This document shows positions 9,618 to 19,199 of a stretch of 64,000 nt of DNA, piece after piece. Each line of letters begins with the position of its first letter. Within the stretch, counting starts at the first letter, position 1. Source of the stretch: Armatimonadota bacterium (lineage in GTDB: Bacteria; Bacteroidota; Ignavibacteria; OLB7); contig JADZEY010000089.1 in the NCBI GenBank assembly GCA_020850315.1, positions 1,022-65,021 on the forward strand, in the 5' to 3' direction. Below the pieces are notes generated by a model, which did no database searches, was not told the DNA's origin, and saw nothing but the letters and a program-made list of their open reading frames with translations. Position numbers and translations under genes: made by a program.

Positions 9618-10496
9618 ATGGCTTCACTTGAGATCGAAGATCTTCTGAACGCCGGTGCCCACTTCGGGCACCTGACCCGCCGCTGGAATCCCCAGATGCG
9701 CCAGTACATTTTTATGGAGCGCAACGGCATCCACATCATTGACCTGAAAAAAACCCAAGTTCTGGTTGATGATGCCCGCAACGCTGCCGAGCGAATCGCT
9801 GCCGAAGGGAAGCGCATCTTGTTCGTCGGCACCAAAAAGCAGGCCCGCGATGTGGTCCGCAACGAAGCGTCGCGCATTGGCGCAAACTTTGTAAGCGAAC
9901 GCTGGCTTGGCGGAATGCTTACCAACTTCGCCACCATCCGCAAATCAATCAAGCGGCTGAAGGATATTGAGAAGATGGAGGGGGACGGCACAATCGAAAA
10001 TTACACCAAGAAAGAGCGACTGATGATTAGCCGCGAAAAAGAACGCTTGGTGCGTGTGCTTGGTGGCATTGCCGACATGAACCGGCTGCCGGGCGCGCTC
10101 TACATCGTGGACATTAAAAAAGAACACCTTGCGGTGAAAGAAGCCAAAACCCTTGGCATTCCGGTGATCGCTATTGTTGACACCAACACCGACCCGCGCG
10201 ACATTGACTTCCCAATCCCCGCCAACGACGACTCGCTGAAAACCGTTGCCCTTATCACCAAAGTCATTGCCGACGGCGTTGCAATGGGCCGCGAAGCCAG
10301 CAAAGCCTTGATGGCCGAAGAAGGCGCAACCGACGATCGTGAAATGAAAGAACAGGGGAAAGAGGGGGCAGGCGACGATCCACAAGCACGCCGCCGGACT
10401 CGCTCGCGCCGTGGAAGCGGCGGTGGTGGCCGTCGCGACGAACAGCGTGGTGGCAGCGATGCCCCAGCTGCCGCCGCACCAGCCAGCGGTGAGTAA
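9618..10496 (+). CDS. rpsB: 30S ribosomal protein S2 with an acidic, Gly/Arg-rich C-terminal extension
   Basis: [27 protein letters not shown]... is the S2 family N-terminus, and VDTNTDP is also present. The protein is 292 aa. Confidence 0.92.
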   Translation: MASLEIEDLLNAGAHFGHLTRRWNPQMRQYIFMERNGIHIIDLKKTQVLVDDARNAAERIAAEGKRILFVGTKKQARDVVRNEASRIGANFVSERWLGGMLTNFATIRKSIKRLKDIEKMEGDGTIENYTKKERLMISREKERLVRVLGGIADMNRLPGALYIVDIKKEHLAVKEAKTLGIPVIAIVDTNTDPRDIDFPIPANDDSLKTVALITKVIADGVAMGREASKALMAEEGATDDREMKEQGKEGAGDDPQARRRTRSRRGSGGGGRRDEQRGGSDAPAAAAPASGE

Positions 10497-10567
10497 GAAA
10501 AGCCGGGTGTGGTAATCCCCATATCCCTCCACGTGAACAATCATTTTATCAAACCATAGAATCTATC

Positions 10568-11392
10568 ATGGCTATTTCAGCACAGGATGTAAAGACGCTC
10601 CGCGACCGTACCGGAGCGGGAATGGGCGACTGCAAAAAAGCCCTTGAAGAAGCCGCAGGCGACATGAATGCTGCTATTGAAATCCTTCGGAAGAAGGGCG
10701 CAGCAACTGCCAGCAAGCGCGCCGATAAAGATGCCAACGAAGGCGTGGTCGCCACGGCTACCTCCGATGACCGCTCCAGCGCGGCTATCGTTGAGGTAAA
10801 CTGCGAAACCGACTTTGTGGCCCGTAACGAGGAGTTCAGCTCCTTTGCCCGCAGCCTTGCCGCCCACGTGTTGGCCACCAAACCAGCAAGCATCGAGGCA
10901 CTGTTGGCCAGCGAACTGAACGGTGTGGCAATCCAAAACCAATTGAACGACCTGCTTGCCAAGTTCAACGAGCGGATTGAAATCCGCCGCTACGAAGTTG
11001 TGGAAACAAGCGGCGGCTACGTTGCCGACTATGTTCACAACGGCGATAAGCTGGGTGTGTTGGTAGAGTTCGGCGCAGCCAATGACGGCTTGCACGCTGT
11101 GGGGCGCGACGTTGCCATGCAGGTGGCAGCTATGAACCCGGGCTACGTTCGCCGCGAGGAAGTGCCGACCGACGTGCTGACCAAAGAGCGCGAAATCTAC
11201 GCCGAGCAGATGCGGGGCGAAGGGAAACCGGAAGCGATTATTGAGAAGATTGTGACCGGACGGCTGGAGAAATACTACGCCGACAACGTTTTGCTGGAGC
11301 AGTCCTTCGTGAAAGATTCGGCCAAGGTTATCAACGAGGTGATCGGCGGAGTCAGCATCGTCCGGTTTATCCGATTCAACCTGGGGCAGTAA
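10568..11392 (+). CDS. tsf: Elongation factor Ts
   Basis: The N-terminal UBA-like segment AISAQDVKTLRDRTGAGMGDCKKALEE matches EF-Ts, as does the dimerisation core. The gene lies downstream of rpsB, in the conserved rpsB-tsf arrangement. Confidence 0.92.
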   Translation: MAISAQDVKTLRDRTGAGMGDCKKALEEAAGDMNAAIEILRKKGAATASKRADKDANEGVVATATSDDRSSAAIVEVNCETDFVARNEEFSSFARSLAAHVLATKPASIEALLASELNGVAIQNQLNDLLAKFNERIEIRRYEVVETSGGYVADYVHNGDKLGVLVEFGAANDGLHAVGRDVAMQVAAMNPGYVRREEVPTDVLTKEREIYAEQMRGEGKPEAIIEKIVTGRLEKYYADNVLLEQSFVKDSAKVINEVIGGVSIVRFIRFNLGQ

Positions 11393-11447
11393 TCGTGCCG
11401 ATTAGGGATTACAGTCTAGACTATCCCTGACACAATCAAACTATGTG

Positions 11448-11507
11448 CCCCGCAAAACGTGGGGATGCACAAACAAGCCGCAAGCAGTCCTGCTTGCGGC
11501 TTGTTTG
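11448..11507 (+). terminator. Two consecutive stem-loops downstream of tsf, a putative terminator
   Basis: The first stem-loop is CCCCGCAAAACGTGGGG. It is followed by a perfect 18-bp-stem hairpin, CAAACAAGCCGCAAGCAG-tc-CTGCTTGCGGCTTGTTTG. The U-tract is weak. Confidence 0.5.
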
Positions 11508-11615
11508 CTGAACAGTCTTGCCGAACAGTGAGTACGCGCCGGCCACAGCCGCTAAAAAATGCTCACTTTGCTCCATCCTTCCTCACTGTACCGGATGGCT
11601 ATAATCCGAGTATCG

Positions 11616-11666
11616 AAAAAAAAAACAGCCTACCGTCGTGACGGTAAGCTGTTGTTGTCTCTTTGT
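11616..11666 (-). terminator. Rho-independent terminator for the minus-strand gene 11689..12234
   Basis: A10 on the plus strand (T10 on the minus strand) lies directly 3' of the hairpin CAGCCTACCGTC-gtga-CGGTAAGCTG. TTGTTGTCTCTTT follows on the plus side, so it may be bidirectional. Confidence 0.7.
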
Positions 11667-11688
11667 CGTGTGCCGGGCTGGGGGGGGA

Positions 11689-12234
11689 TTAGGAAGCCAC
11701 CCCAGCTTTTTGCGCTTGCTGCTTTGCAACATCGCCGAACTTCACGACGGTTTTTGCCATTTGCTCTGGGCTATTCATTTGTGGGTTCAGGCGGTGCATC
11801 ATCATCAAGTTGCCGCCATCCATCCGCATGGTTCCCACGGGGGAACTGGTATTGAATTCGGAAATCTGGCTTTCCACTTTCTGCTTCATGTCGGCTGGCA
11901 TCGCGTCCACGCTTGTCACCATCCCGTTGATGTCAACTTCTTGGTCGCTTACGTGGCTGATAAATGCCACTTCTTTCCCCGATCCAGCATCCACCAGCGC
12001 GATTTTATCGCCACGCATTTCTGCTTTCCAAGCTCCAGATGCGCTGCACTCGTTTTGCAAACTGGTGTACAGGGTCTGCATGGTGGCTTGTGCATCTTTC
12101 ACGTTGCCCGAAAGATTGTTTCCGGCGGCAGGGGCTGTGCTGTTGCCAAACATCCCCGAGTTGTACAATCCGAACCCAATGGCGGCGATAACCAGCACCG
12201 AGCCAAGGATAGTTAACAGTGTTTTCTTGTTCAT
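11689..12234 (-). CDS. Hypothetical membrane-anchored or secreted protein
   Basis: The sequence begins MNKKTLLTILGSVLVIAAIGFGLY (signal/anchor). A good SD site (AAGAGG) sits 8 nt upstream of the ATG. I recognise no conserved family. Confidence 0.5.
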   Translation of the reverse strand: MNKKTLLTILGSVLVIAAIGFGLYNSGMFGNSTAPAAGNNLSGNVKDAQATMQTLYTSLQNECSASGAWKAEMRGDKIALVDAGSGKEVAFISHVSDQEVDINGMVTSVDAMPADMKQKVESQISEFNTSSPVGTMRMDGGNLMMMHRLNPQMNSPEQMAKTVVKFGDVAKQQAQKAGVAS

Positions 12235-12480
12235 GGTCGTTTCCTCTTGTTGTTGTTGTGTTGTTGATATCGGCTCAACAGTTCCTCATCGTTGTTCTGT
12301 TGCCACAGTGTTGTTGCTGTTCCCACTGCGGCCTTGTTCATCACCCGATCTGAGGGGGACTGGCCTTTTGAAATTGCTGTTTCGGTTATTGCGGTTGCAA
12401 AGTTAGAAGGAAAATCGTTGCAATGTTCATCCTCTGATTTCTTGCAGAACAAAAACGTGGCGTTGCTGTGCGCTGCTTGG

Positions 12481-12993
12481 TTATTTTTTTGCAAGGAAGT
12501 AAGCAAGCATTGGGGAAATCGCCAGAATCACTACGGGACGAACTCCAATCCCCGCTCCCTGCTGAAGCGATAGCCCCATCACCAGCGTAAGCTTCACAAG
12601 AAAGCCAGATAGATGGCCGCTGAACCGGCGGCCCATTGCCGTGGAAAACCATTGGCTAACGGAGTGAATCGGGATACGCGCTCCAAGTGCGGAGATAACG
12701 CTGGGGCACTCCTGTGCTGCTTTGCGCTCCAACGGGGAAACTGGGCCCCGCCGCCGCAATGCTGCCACCAGCACAAGAAGCATCATGGCCATCAACGCAA
12801 CTCCCAAATACTTCAGTGCCGGAACCTGAACCCCAAGCCCCCAGGCTTGTAGGCCAATCACGACTATTCTGCCAGACATATTGCCTAATAACTGTGCTGG
12901 CGGGGTGCCGACAATAGCGTTCTCAATCTTTGCTGAAACCCAGTTGTGCAGCATGGCGGGTACGGTTGCTATCGGATTGATTACGGCGTTCAT
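12481..12993 (-). CDS. Hypothetical integral membrane protein
   Basis: It is 170 aa with several hydrophobic helices. I recognise no family signature. Confidence 0.45.
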   Translation of the reverse strand: MNAVINPIATVPAMLHNWVSAKIENAIVGTPPAQLLGNMSGRIVVIGLQAWGLGVQVPALKYLGVALMAMMLLVLVAALRRRGPVSPLERKAAQECPSVISALGARIPIHSVSQWFSTAMGRRFSGHLSGFLVKLTLVMGLSLQQGAGIGVRPVVILAISPMLAYFLAKK

Positions 12994-13273
12994 GATGTTG
13001 CTCTCTGGTTACGTTTGGGCTTGCTGATCTTTTTTTCTGATGCAACCATACGGAGCTTCTCTGCCGAAAGCACTACGGATAAACTACGGAGGCATCCGTA
13101 CCGCCACTGCGAACCGAAAAAAGGGGGCAGCATCTGATAGGCAGTAACTTCCAGCCTGATGCTTGGTTACTTTGCCGGGCGCGAATCTTTTTTGGCATCA
13201 TGCCGTTCGGGCACGGCATTTCTTCCGAATCGCCCCCCGCTATTTCCGCTCATTGTTCCCGTTCTGTTTCCCA

Positions 13274-16200
13274 ATGGATGCACTCACCAGTTTCCTACAT
13301 CACGGCACGCTTCCTTTTACCGGGCGTGGCGACCAGATTGAGCAGTTGCTTGCTTTTTGGCGTTCCACTCCCGATGTCTATGCCATGCAGATTGCGTTGG
13401 TGTTTGGCGAGGCTGGGGTGGGGAAAAGCCGATTAATAGATGAACTTGGCCCGCAAGTAATCCACAACGAGGGCCTGCTGATCCGGTTGAAACTGATCCC
13501 CGGGGCCACCATCTCCTTTGCCAGCCTGATTGCCCGCGCAATCCGCTGGAACGCCACCGCACGCGGGTTGCTGAAAGAACCGATTGTCGAATCACAAGGA
13601 GAGTCGGTGGCGGCATTGCACCGGCTTGCACGGCTGCGCCACACATTGCTGGTGATCGAGGATATCCACCTTCTCCCGCGTGAGTCAATTGAGGATTTGC
13701 GGCAACTGTTGGATGGACTATCGGGGGAGTTTATCAAGGTGATGCTGCTGGCGCGCCCCGTTGCTTTTGAATCGCGTGGATTGCTGGAGCCTTATCTCAC
13801 CCAAGAACTCCACTTGCGTGGCATGAACCTTCAGGAGTTGGCGGTGTTGTGGGAGCGGCTTTTCCTTTCCAAAGCGGATTCAGCGGTGATTGAGACGTTG
13901 GCGAACGTCACCTTGGGCAATCCATTGGCCGTTCGGTCGGCATTGCGTGGGGCGTTGCAGTCGCGGTTGCTGTTGTTGGATTCGGCAGGGGCGCGTTGGG
14001 CTCCGGCGGTGGCGATTGATCTGTTTAAGGAGTGCCTGCAACGCTACGTCGGGACGTTATCGGAGGGGATGGGGGCACACCTTGAACCGGATGAGCTTCG
14101 GGCTGCCGAGCAGCTGGCAACGTTAGGGGAAGTGTTTGCCCGCGAGGCCGCAGTGGCGTTGCTTCCGAACCTCCCAGAAATGCTGCCGATACTTCTGCAC
14201 AAAGGCATTTTGGTGGTTACGTCGGCTCCGTCGCCACTGCCACACACGGGTGATGGAACCGCTATCTACACCTTTACCCACACCTTGCTGCATCGCCATT
14301 TGGTGGCAACCGCTGTGGCCAACCGTGGCGTGAACGGTGCTGCGATTATTGCTGTTGTGGCCGGGCGGCTTCCCCTGTACTCCATTCTCCCATTGGAGTT
14401 ATTAACCACGCATGGCTCCGGTAACGCCCCGATTGCAGCGGTGCAAGGTGCCTTGAAGGTGTTGACCGATATGGTTATCCCCTTGACCGAAGGGACCGAC
14501 TGGCGATTTGCTACCCCAGTGTTGCAAGCCGCCAAAAGTTTGTTCGCTGCCTGCCAGCCGCACCTGAGCCAAGCCGAACAGCGGCAGCAGCAGTTGTTGC
14601 TGAAGGGGCTTGAGCTTTCGGTGCGCTATGCCGCTAGCGATTACGAGACGGTGCGGCAGGGGGTGGGTGAGTATCTGCAGCTTACGCAGCCGATGGAGTC
14701 GTTCGATGTTGTTCTGCGTCGGTACCATGCGTTATCGTTGCTGATGACGGTTGAGATGTACCAGACCAGTCAGTTCCCAGAAGAAACTTGGCGAGAACTT
14801 CAGGAGCTACAACAGCGATTTCCCGAAATTGAACTAACCGAGGAATACGTCCAGAATCTTACCAGCATTATCGGCGTGGTGATGTTGGTGCTGAACGACT
14901 ACACGTTGCTACGCCAGCTGGAACCCCGTTTGGAGGAGTTGCGGCAATCTGAGCAGACACCACCCGGGGTGCGCCGCCGGCTGCTGATCGGTATCGCCCC
15001 GTACCTTCTAACGCTGTACGACACCGAAGAACAACTTCAGCAGCGGCTGGCGATTGCTACAGAGTTGGAAGCGATTGCCGACGAACATTGGCTGGTGATT
15101 GTCAGCGGCCTTGTGCGGTTGTACGATGCCGCAGGGTTGTATCACCAGATGAACGCCGAGATTGAGCGGCGGCTTCCCCACGCCCGGCGGCTGGGCCATG
15201 TGAAGTCGGAACTCAGCTGGCGGTTTCGCAGCCTGATCTCCAAAGCTGCGTTTGGCACGCCCCCCCAGCAGATTATTGAACAGGTTGCCGAGATGTTTGC
15301 CGACCATTTCGGCGTGATGCCCTCCAGCGTCCGTTACCAGTTGGGGGATCGCCTCTGCTTTATTGCGTTGATGCTTGATCAGCCCGATCTGGCCAAACAG
15401 GTGTTTCACCAGTATAACCAGGGCGCGCCCGAACCGTTGGAGATGGGGGTGTTGCTGGGGCTGCACAACGGAACCCTTGATGAGCTTCCTGAACATCTTC
15501 CGGTGCGGGCGTTTCGGGAGTTCGAGGCGTTCGTGCAGGCTGCGTTGCTGCGCCAAACACTATCCGAACCGCAGATGCTGCGAGTTGTTCAGGAGGTGCT
15601 ATCCCCGGCGTTTTTGCACGCCGGCGAGCTGCTGATTGTTCATGCTGCATTCCAACTGTTGGAAGCCCGCATCATGCCACGATTGCAGGATCGTGCAATC
15701 ATCAGCCAGATTCAGGAGGCAATGCGGCAAACAATGGCGGGGGTGATGCGGTGGATGCACCAGCGGGGAATGTTTGCATTTATGAGGCCAATGGTGGCCC
15801 GCTATTCCCATCTACTAACCGAACCGACCGCCGCCGTATGGGAACAGCAAATCCAAACGTTGGAGGAACATTATCAATCGGGAGGGGGAGGCAAGCCGGA
15901 TCGCTGTGCCATCCAGATCACGATGGTGGGGGAGATTTCCGTGCAGGAACCGGGCCGCACTCCCCAGGCGGTTCGCGGGGCACGCAACCGCACCTTGCTT
16001 GCCTTGATGGTGGCCAACCAGATGCTCCGGCGGCCACTGACCAACGCAGAGTTCTGCCAGATTGCAACCGGGGTCGAGCAGGACGATGAGTACGCCCAAC
16101 GCCTAACCCGCATGGCGATATCGCGGCTTCGCGGACTGATTGGGCGCAACGCTATTCTCACCAAGTCGGGCCCCCCTCGGCTGAACCTCGATACTGTTCA

Positions 16201-16588
16201 GGTTGACCTGCTCCAGGCTCAACAGCAGATTGATAGCGCCCTGGCTGCCGCCAACGAAATGGCGTTGTTCCGGGCGTGGTCGGCGATGATTGCCGCGCTG
16301 AAGATCGTGCGGGGTGAAGTTCCGTTCCCCACACAGTACGAACGGTTTTTTGAAGCCGCCCGCGATGACTTCGAGCACCGCCTCCGCTCGGCACTCCTTC
16401 ATGTTGTGCGGCTTCTGCTGGAAGAAGAGGACTTTCACTATGCCGAAGAATTACTGCGCCATGCCATGCAGGCGATGCCAGGTGATCCAGAGGTCTCGGA
16501 CCTTCTGTCAAACGTGCTGCTGCAACAACACCAACGCGCCGAAGCCGAACGGTTGCGGCTAACTGCACTCCGATTGGCTGCTGACTGA
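13274..16588 (+). CDS. Large STAND/AAA_16 ATPase transcriptional regulator with a helical/TPR-like middle region and a C-terminal SARP output (OmpR-type winged helix plus BTAD)
   Basis: Walker A FGEAGVGKSRL and Walker B LLVIEDIHLL lie near the N-terminus. The C-terminal region ...RNRTLLALMVANQMLRRPLTNAEFCQIATG...ISRLRGLIG...RLNLDTVQVDLLQAQQQID... followed by ...ALFRAWSAMIAALKIVRGEVPFP... matches the SARP DNA-binding and BTAD pattern. The start was trimmed from 13163 to the ATG at 13274 (MDALTSFLHHGTLPFTGRGDQIEQL). Confidence 0.7.
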   Translation: MDALTSFLHHGTLPFTGRGDQIEQLLAFWRSTPDVYAMQIALVFGEAGVGKSRLIDELGPQVIHNEGLLIRLKLIPGATISFASLIARAIRWNATARGLLKEPIVESQGESVAALHRLARLRHTLLVIEDIHLLPRESIEDLRQLLDGLSGEFIKVMLLARPVAFESRGLLEPYLTQELHLRGMNLQELAVLWERLFLSKADSAVIETLANVTLGNPLAVRSALRGALQSRLLLLDSAGARWAPAVAIDLFKECLQRYVGTLSEGMGAHLEPDELRAAEQLATLGEVFAREAAVALLPNLPEMLPILLHKGILVVTSAPSPLPHTGDGTAIYTFTHTLLHRHLVATAVANRGVNGAAIIAVVAGRLPLYSILPLELLTTHGSGNAPIAAVQGALKVLTDMVIPLTEGTDWRFATPVLQAAKSLFAACQPHLSQAEQRQQQLLLKGLELSVRYAASDYETVRQGVGEYLQLTQPMESFDVVLRRYHALSLLMTVEMYQTSQFPEETWRELQELQQRFPEIELTEEYVQNLTSIIGVVMLVLNDYTLLRQLEPRLEELRQSEQTPPGVRRRLLIGIAPYLLTLYDTEEQLQQRLAIATELEAIADEHWLVIVSGLVRLYDAAGLYHQMNAEIERRLPHARRLGHVKSELSWRFRSLISKAAFGTPPQQIIEQVAEMFADHFGVMPSSVRYQLGDRLCFIALMLDQPDLAKQVFHQYNQGAPEPLEMGVLLGLHNGTLDELPEHLPVRAFREFEAFVQAALLRQTLSEPQMLRVVQEVLSPAFLHAGELLIVHAAFQLLEARIMPRLQDRAIISQIQEAMRQTMAGVMRWMHQRGMFAFMRPMVARYSHLLTEPTAAVWEQQIQTLEEHYQSGGGGKPDRCAIQITMVGEISVQEPGRTPQAVRGARNRTLLALMVANQMLRRPLTNAEFCQIATGVEQDDEYAQRLTRMAISRLRGLIGRNAILTKSGPPRLNLDTVQVDLLQAQQQIDSALAAANEMALFRAWSAMIAALKIVRGEVPFPTQYERFFEAARDDFEHRLRSALLHVVRLLLEEEDFHYAEELLRHAMQAMPGDPEVSDLLSNVLLQQHQRAEAERLRLTALRLAAD

Positions 16589-16592
16589 GGTG

Positions 16593-16653
16593 AGATATAC
16601 TTGCAGCAAAGGAGTTTGCGAAGCCTTAACCCCTTGGCTGCAAGTAGTATATC
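16593..16653. terminator. Long imperfect inverted repeat between convergent genes
   Basis: GATATACTTGCAGC ... GCTGCAAGTAGTATATC flank a 30-nt loop. It lies between the stop of the STAND regulator (16588) and the stop of the minus-strand gene (16703). Confidence 0.35.
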
Positions 16654-16702
16654 ATGCAGGCTGAGTGTTGATTGGGCGGCGTATGGCAGCCGGGCAGGGG
16701 AC

Positions 16703-17263
16703 TCACGCTTTTTTCTTGAATACAGCCTTGAAGACCACTGCCGTAGCTCCGCCAATCATGACGGTGCTGCTGATGGATAGTTCACGCGGGGTGGTGAACT
16801 CCGCCACAATCTCTTCCAGTAGCGGCGCGCCATCGGCCACCCCTTCGTACCGGAATTCTAGTCGCTTGTCGTTCGTCCATTTACCACTGTGGTCATGGGT
16901 TTCGCCAAAGCTGGTGACGCTAAACAGATGAAGTGCGTCGCGCCCAGCATCGTAGCCGAACATGTCGGTTTCATGGTACTCGCCCATGCCGGGTATTGTC
17001 CCATGAACCGTTGACATCAACCCCCATCCGCCAGAGATTACCTTATTGCTCATTGATAGTGGAAACCGGAGCGTTTGATCCCCCATTGTGATCGTTGCAT
17101 TGCCGGCCCATTCCCCTTTTGCAATCGTGATGATTCGCTTGATTTGATCTGAGACCTTGGGTATCTCTTGTTGTGCGTTGGTGGGAATGGAGGTTGCCAG
17201 TTGCAGCAAGATTGCCGCAGCGATAGCGGCAGCGTTGTTCCAGATTGATGATGCTGTGGACAT
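16703..17263 (-). CDS. Hypothetical secreted protein, possibly DUF1579/lipocalin-like
   Basis: It has an N-terminal signal (AAAIAAAILLQLATSIPTNAQQ) and is 186 aa. It lies directly downstream of the LuxR-family gene on the same strand. Confidence 0.5.
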   Translation of the reverse strand: MSTASSIWNNAAAIAAAILLQLATSIPTNAQQEIPKVSDQIKRIITIAKGEWAGNATITMGDQTLRFPLSMSNKVISGGWGLMSTVHGTIPGMGEYHETDMFGYDAGRDALHLFSVTSFGETHDHSGKWTNDKRLEFRYEGVADGAPLLEEIVAEFTTPRELSISSTVMIGGATAVVFKAVFKKKA

Positions 17264-17465
17264 TGTGAAGCCTTTTATTCGTTGCTGTTGTTGGTTTTCT
17301 GATGACCCCGACTGACTACCTTGCCGAAATCATCGGTGCAAAACTACCCTCTACACATGGCGGTGGCATCCGTGCCAGCACGTAATTTCAGCGAGCGGGA
17401 ACACGTAATTTTTCAAGAACAGATGGGTAGGAAAGGGGTGGGGAACGAATGGTGAAGAGGGAGGC

Positions 17466-19199
17466 TCATTTTTTTTGTTTCCACACCCAAGCGGTTGCAA
17501 CGGCACGGGCGGTGCGGCCGGTGGCCCCAAGTTTCAGATAGATATTCGAGACGTGCCGCTCCACTGTTCGGATGCTTAAGAAAAGTTCCGTGGCAATCTC
17601 CTCGTTGCTTTTCCCGGCAGCAACCAGCATCAAAACTTCTGTTTCGCGGCGTGTAAAGTCATCCGAAGCAGAGCTATAGGGGGCAGTAGTGTGGCCGTGC
17701 GATGTGGAGATAAGGGCTGTTGCGCGTTCTGCGTCGCGTAGCGCGCCAAGCCGTTGCAGTGATTGTTCGGCAGCCCTGGCTTCTTCGCCAGCGCGTGTGT
17801 GATCGCCCAGTTGGTAAAGTAGGTGTGCAAGCTCAATCCGGGCGCATCCCCCTTCAAATGGCATGGGGGTGCGGTCATATAAATCAATGGCATCTTCAAG
17901 GTGAAGCAAGGCTTCGCGAAGGTTCCCCGTGGCTCCGGCAACTGCGCCATCGGCTGCATGAATTGCAGCGTGCAAGGGTAATGTGTTGAACCGGCTTGCA
18001 ATCTCCCGAAGTTCCGCCAGTGTGTGCTTGGCTTCCTGTCCGTTCCCCGCCGCAAGTTGCGCACGCAGCAAAAGCTCTAATCCCGAAACTCGTTCGATAC
18101 GGTCGGTAAGGGGAACGCGGCGAAGGTAGCGTTCAATCAGCCCGATTGCCCCGATAGGATTACTGTTGTGCAATTGTATAGCCGCGCGCCCCATCATCGA
18201 AAGTGGGTGGGATGAGGTTTCGGCAAACAATGCTTCAGCTTCGGCAAACCTCCCTTGCCTACGCCGAAGCTCTCCGATCCGAACGGTGCAGGCCGCCACT
18301 TGTCCTGGGCGGCATTCGCGCAGCATCGTGGCGGCATTCATCAGTTCTTGCTCCGCTTCTTCCCACCGCCCTTGTGTCATCAGGATGCTGGCATATTGTG
18401 TGCGGCATGACCCAAAGACAGAGGCCATGCGCCAGCGGCTACTGAATTTGGAAATACGGATGCACCATTGCGCGGCGCGGTCGTAGTCACGGATCCGTTC
18501 GCAGGCGGCAATCAGGTAGCAGCAGGTGCTGCCAATGGCGTTGATGTCGTCGGTTTCCCCTGCGATTGCGGCGGCGGTGGCTTCATCCAGCAATCGCATC
18601 CCCTCCGCTGGTTCGCCTTGGCTCACAAGTGCCAACCCGCGCAGTGCCAATGCCAGCATCTCGATGTCAGGTGCATCAAATGTGCGTCCGTAGCGCAATG
18701 CACTATCAGCATAGAGTATCGCTTCGGTGGGGTCTTTTTGAATCAGCAGCGCAACATGGGCTTGAAGCATGGTAAGAAATCCGGCTTCGCGGCATGGGCC
18801 GCATTTTTCAATGGCACGTAGCCCACGCGATAGCCACCCGATAGCAATCGCAAAGTCGCCACGGAACTCACCATAATCATTTGCTACCAGTCCGGCTACC
18901 CGCGCCATTCCTTGGTGATTATTTGCTTCATGGTGCAAAGCGTAGGCCCGTTCGCGGGCTGCGATGGTGGCGGTTGCATCGTTCAAAAAATAGGTGGCGG
19001 CTGCAATGGCTTCCAACGCTTCGGTGGTTTCTTGGTGGCCAAGTGCCTTTCCAAAACAATCGGCGGCAAGCTCCCACTCCCCCTGGGAAAAGGCTCGGTT
19101 CCCGGCGTTCAGATGGCTGATGTAATCGGCAGTGGGCATTGCTTGGCAGTACGAAAAGTAACCGGAAATAGATGAATCAGCCGAGGGAGGAGCGAACAT
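17466..19199 (-). CDS. LuxR-family transcriptional regulator with an N-terminal TPR/helical-repeat domain, comparable to the C-terminal half of MalT
   Basis: The C-terminal HTH, RRETEVLMLVAAGKSNEEIATELFLSIRTVERHVSNIYLKLG, is a LuxR/GerE helix-turn-helix. Long helical repeats precede it, and no P-loop is present. The start is ambiguous (ATG complement at 19197-19199 or 19137-19139); the 729-aa ORF extension lacks support. Confidence 0.65.
   Translation of the reverse strand: MFAPPSADSSISGYFSYCQAMPTADYISHLNAGNRAFSQGEWELAADCFGKALGHQETTEALEAIAAATYFLNDATATIAARERAYALHHEANNHQGMARVAGLVANDYGEFRGDFAIAIGWLSRGLRAIEKCGPCREAGFLTMLQAHVALLIQKDPTEAILYADSALRYGRTFDAPDIEMLALALRGLALVSQGEPAEGMRLLDEATAAAIAGETDDINAIGSTCCYLIAACERIRDYDRAAQWCIRISKFSSRWRMASVFGSCRTQYASILMTQGRWEEAEQELMNAATMLRECRPGQVAACTVRIGELRRRQGRFAEAEALFAETSSHPLSMMGRAAIQLHNSNPIGAIGLIERYLRRVPLTDRIERVSGLELLLRAQLAAGNGQEAKHTLAELREIASRFNTLPLHAAIHAADGAVAGATGNLREALLHLEDAIDLYDRTPMPFEGGCARIELAHLLYQLGDHTRAGEEARAAEQSLQRLGALRDAERATALISTSHGHTTAPYSSASDDFTRRETEVLMLVAAGKSNEEIATELFLSIRTVERHVSNIYLKLGATGRTARAVATAWVWKQKK

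Noticed and set aside
9400-9648. 82-aa plus-strand ORF in the rpsI-rpsB gap
   Set aside because: It overlaps the rpsB start, has no RBS or conserved features, and lies in what looks like a structured leader.
10549-11095. Antisense ORFs inside tsf (10549..10968 and 10577..11095). Many similar antisense ORFs lie inside ftsH, glnA, purB, ftsK and the ccm genes.
   Set aside because: These are GC-rich frame shadows of strongly supported genes on the opposite strand.
11590-11612. TATAAT hexamer (11601-11606), considered as a possible promoter
   Set aside because: No matching -35 element and no downstream plus-strand gene are present. The adjacent A10 plus hairpin is better explained as a terminator for the minus-strand gene.
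12231-12506. 91-aa minus-strand ORF between the two hypothetical membrane-protein genes
   Set aside because: It overlaps the start of the 11689..12234 gene and has a low-complexity, Asn/Gln-rich composition with no RBS. A real small protein cannot be excluded.
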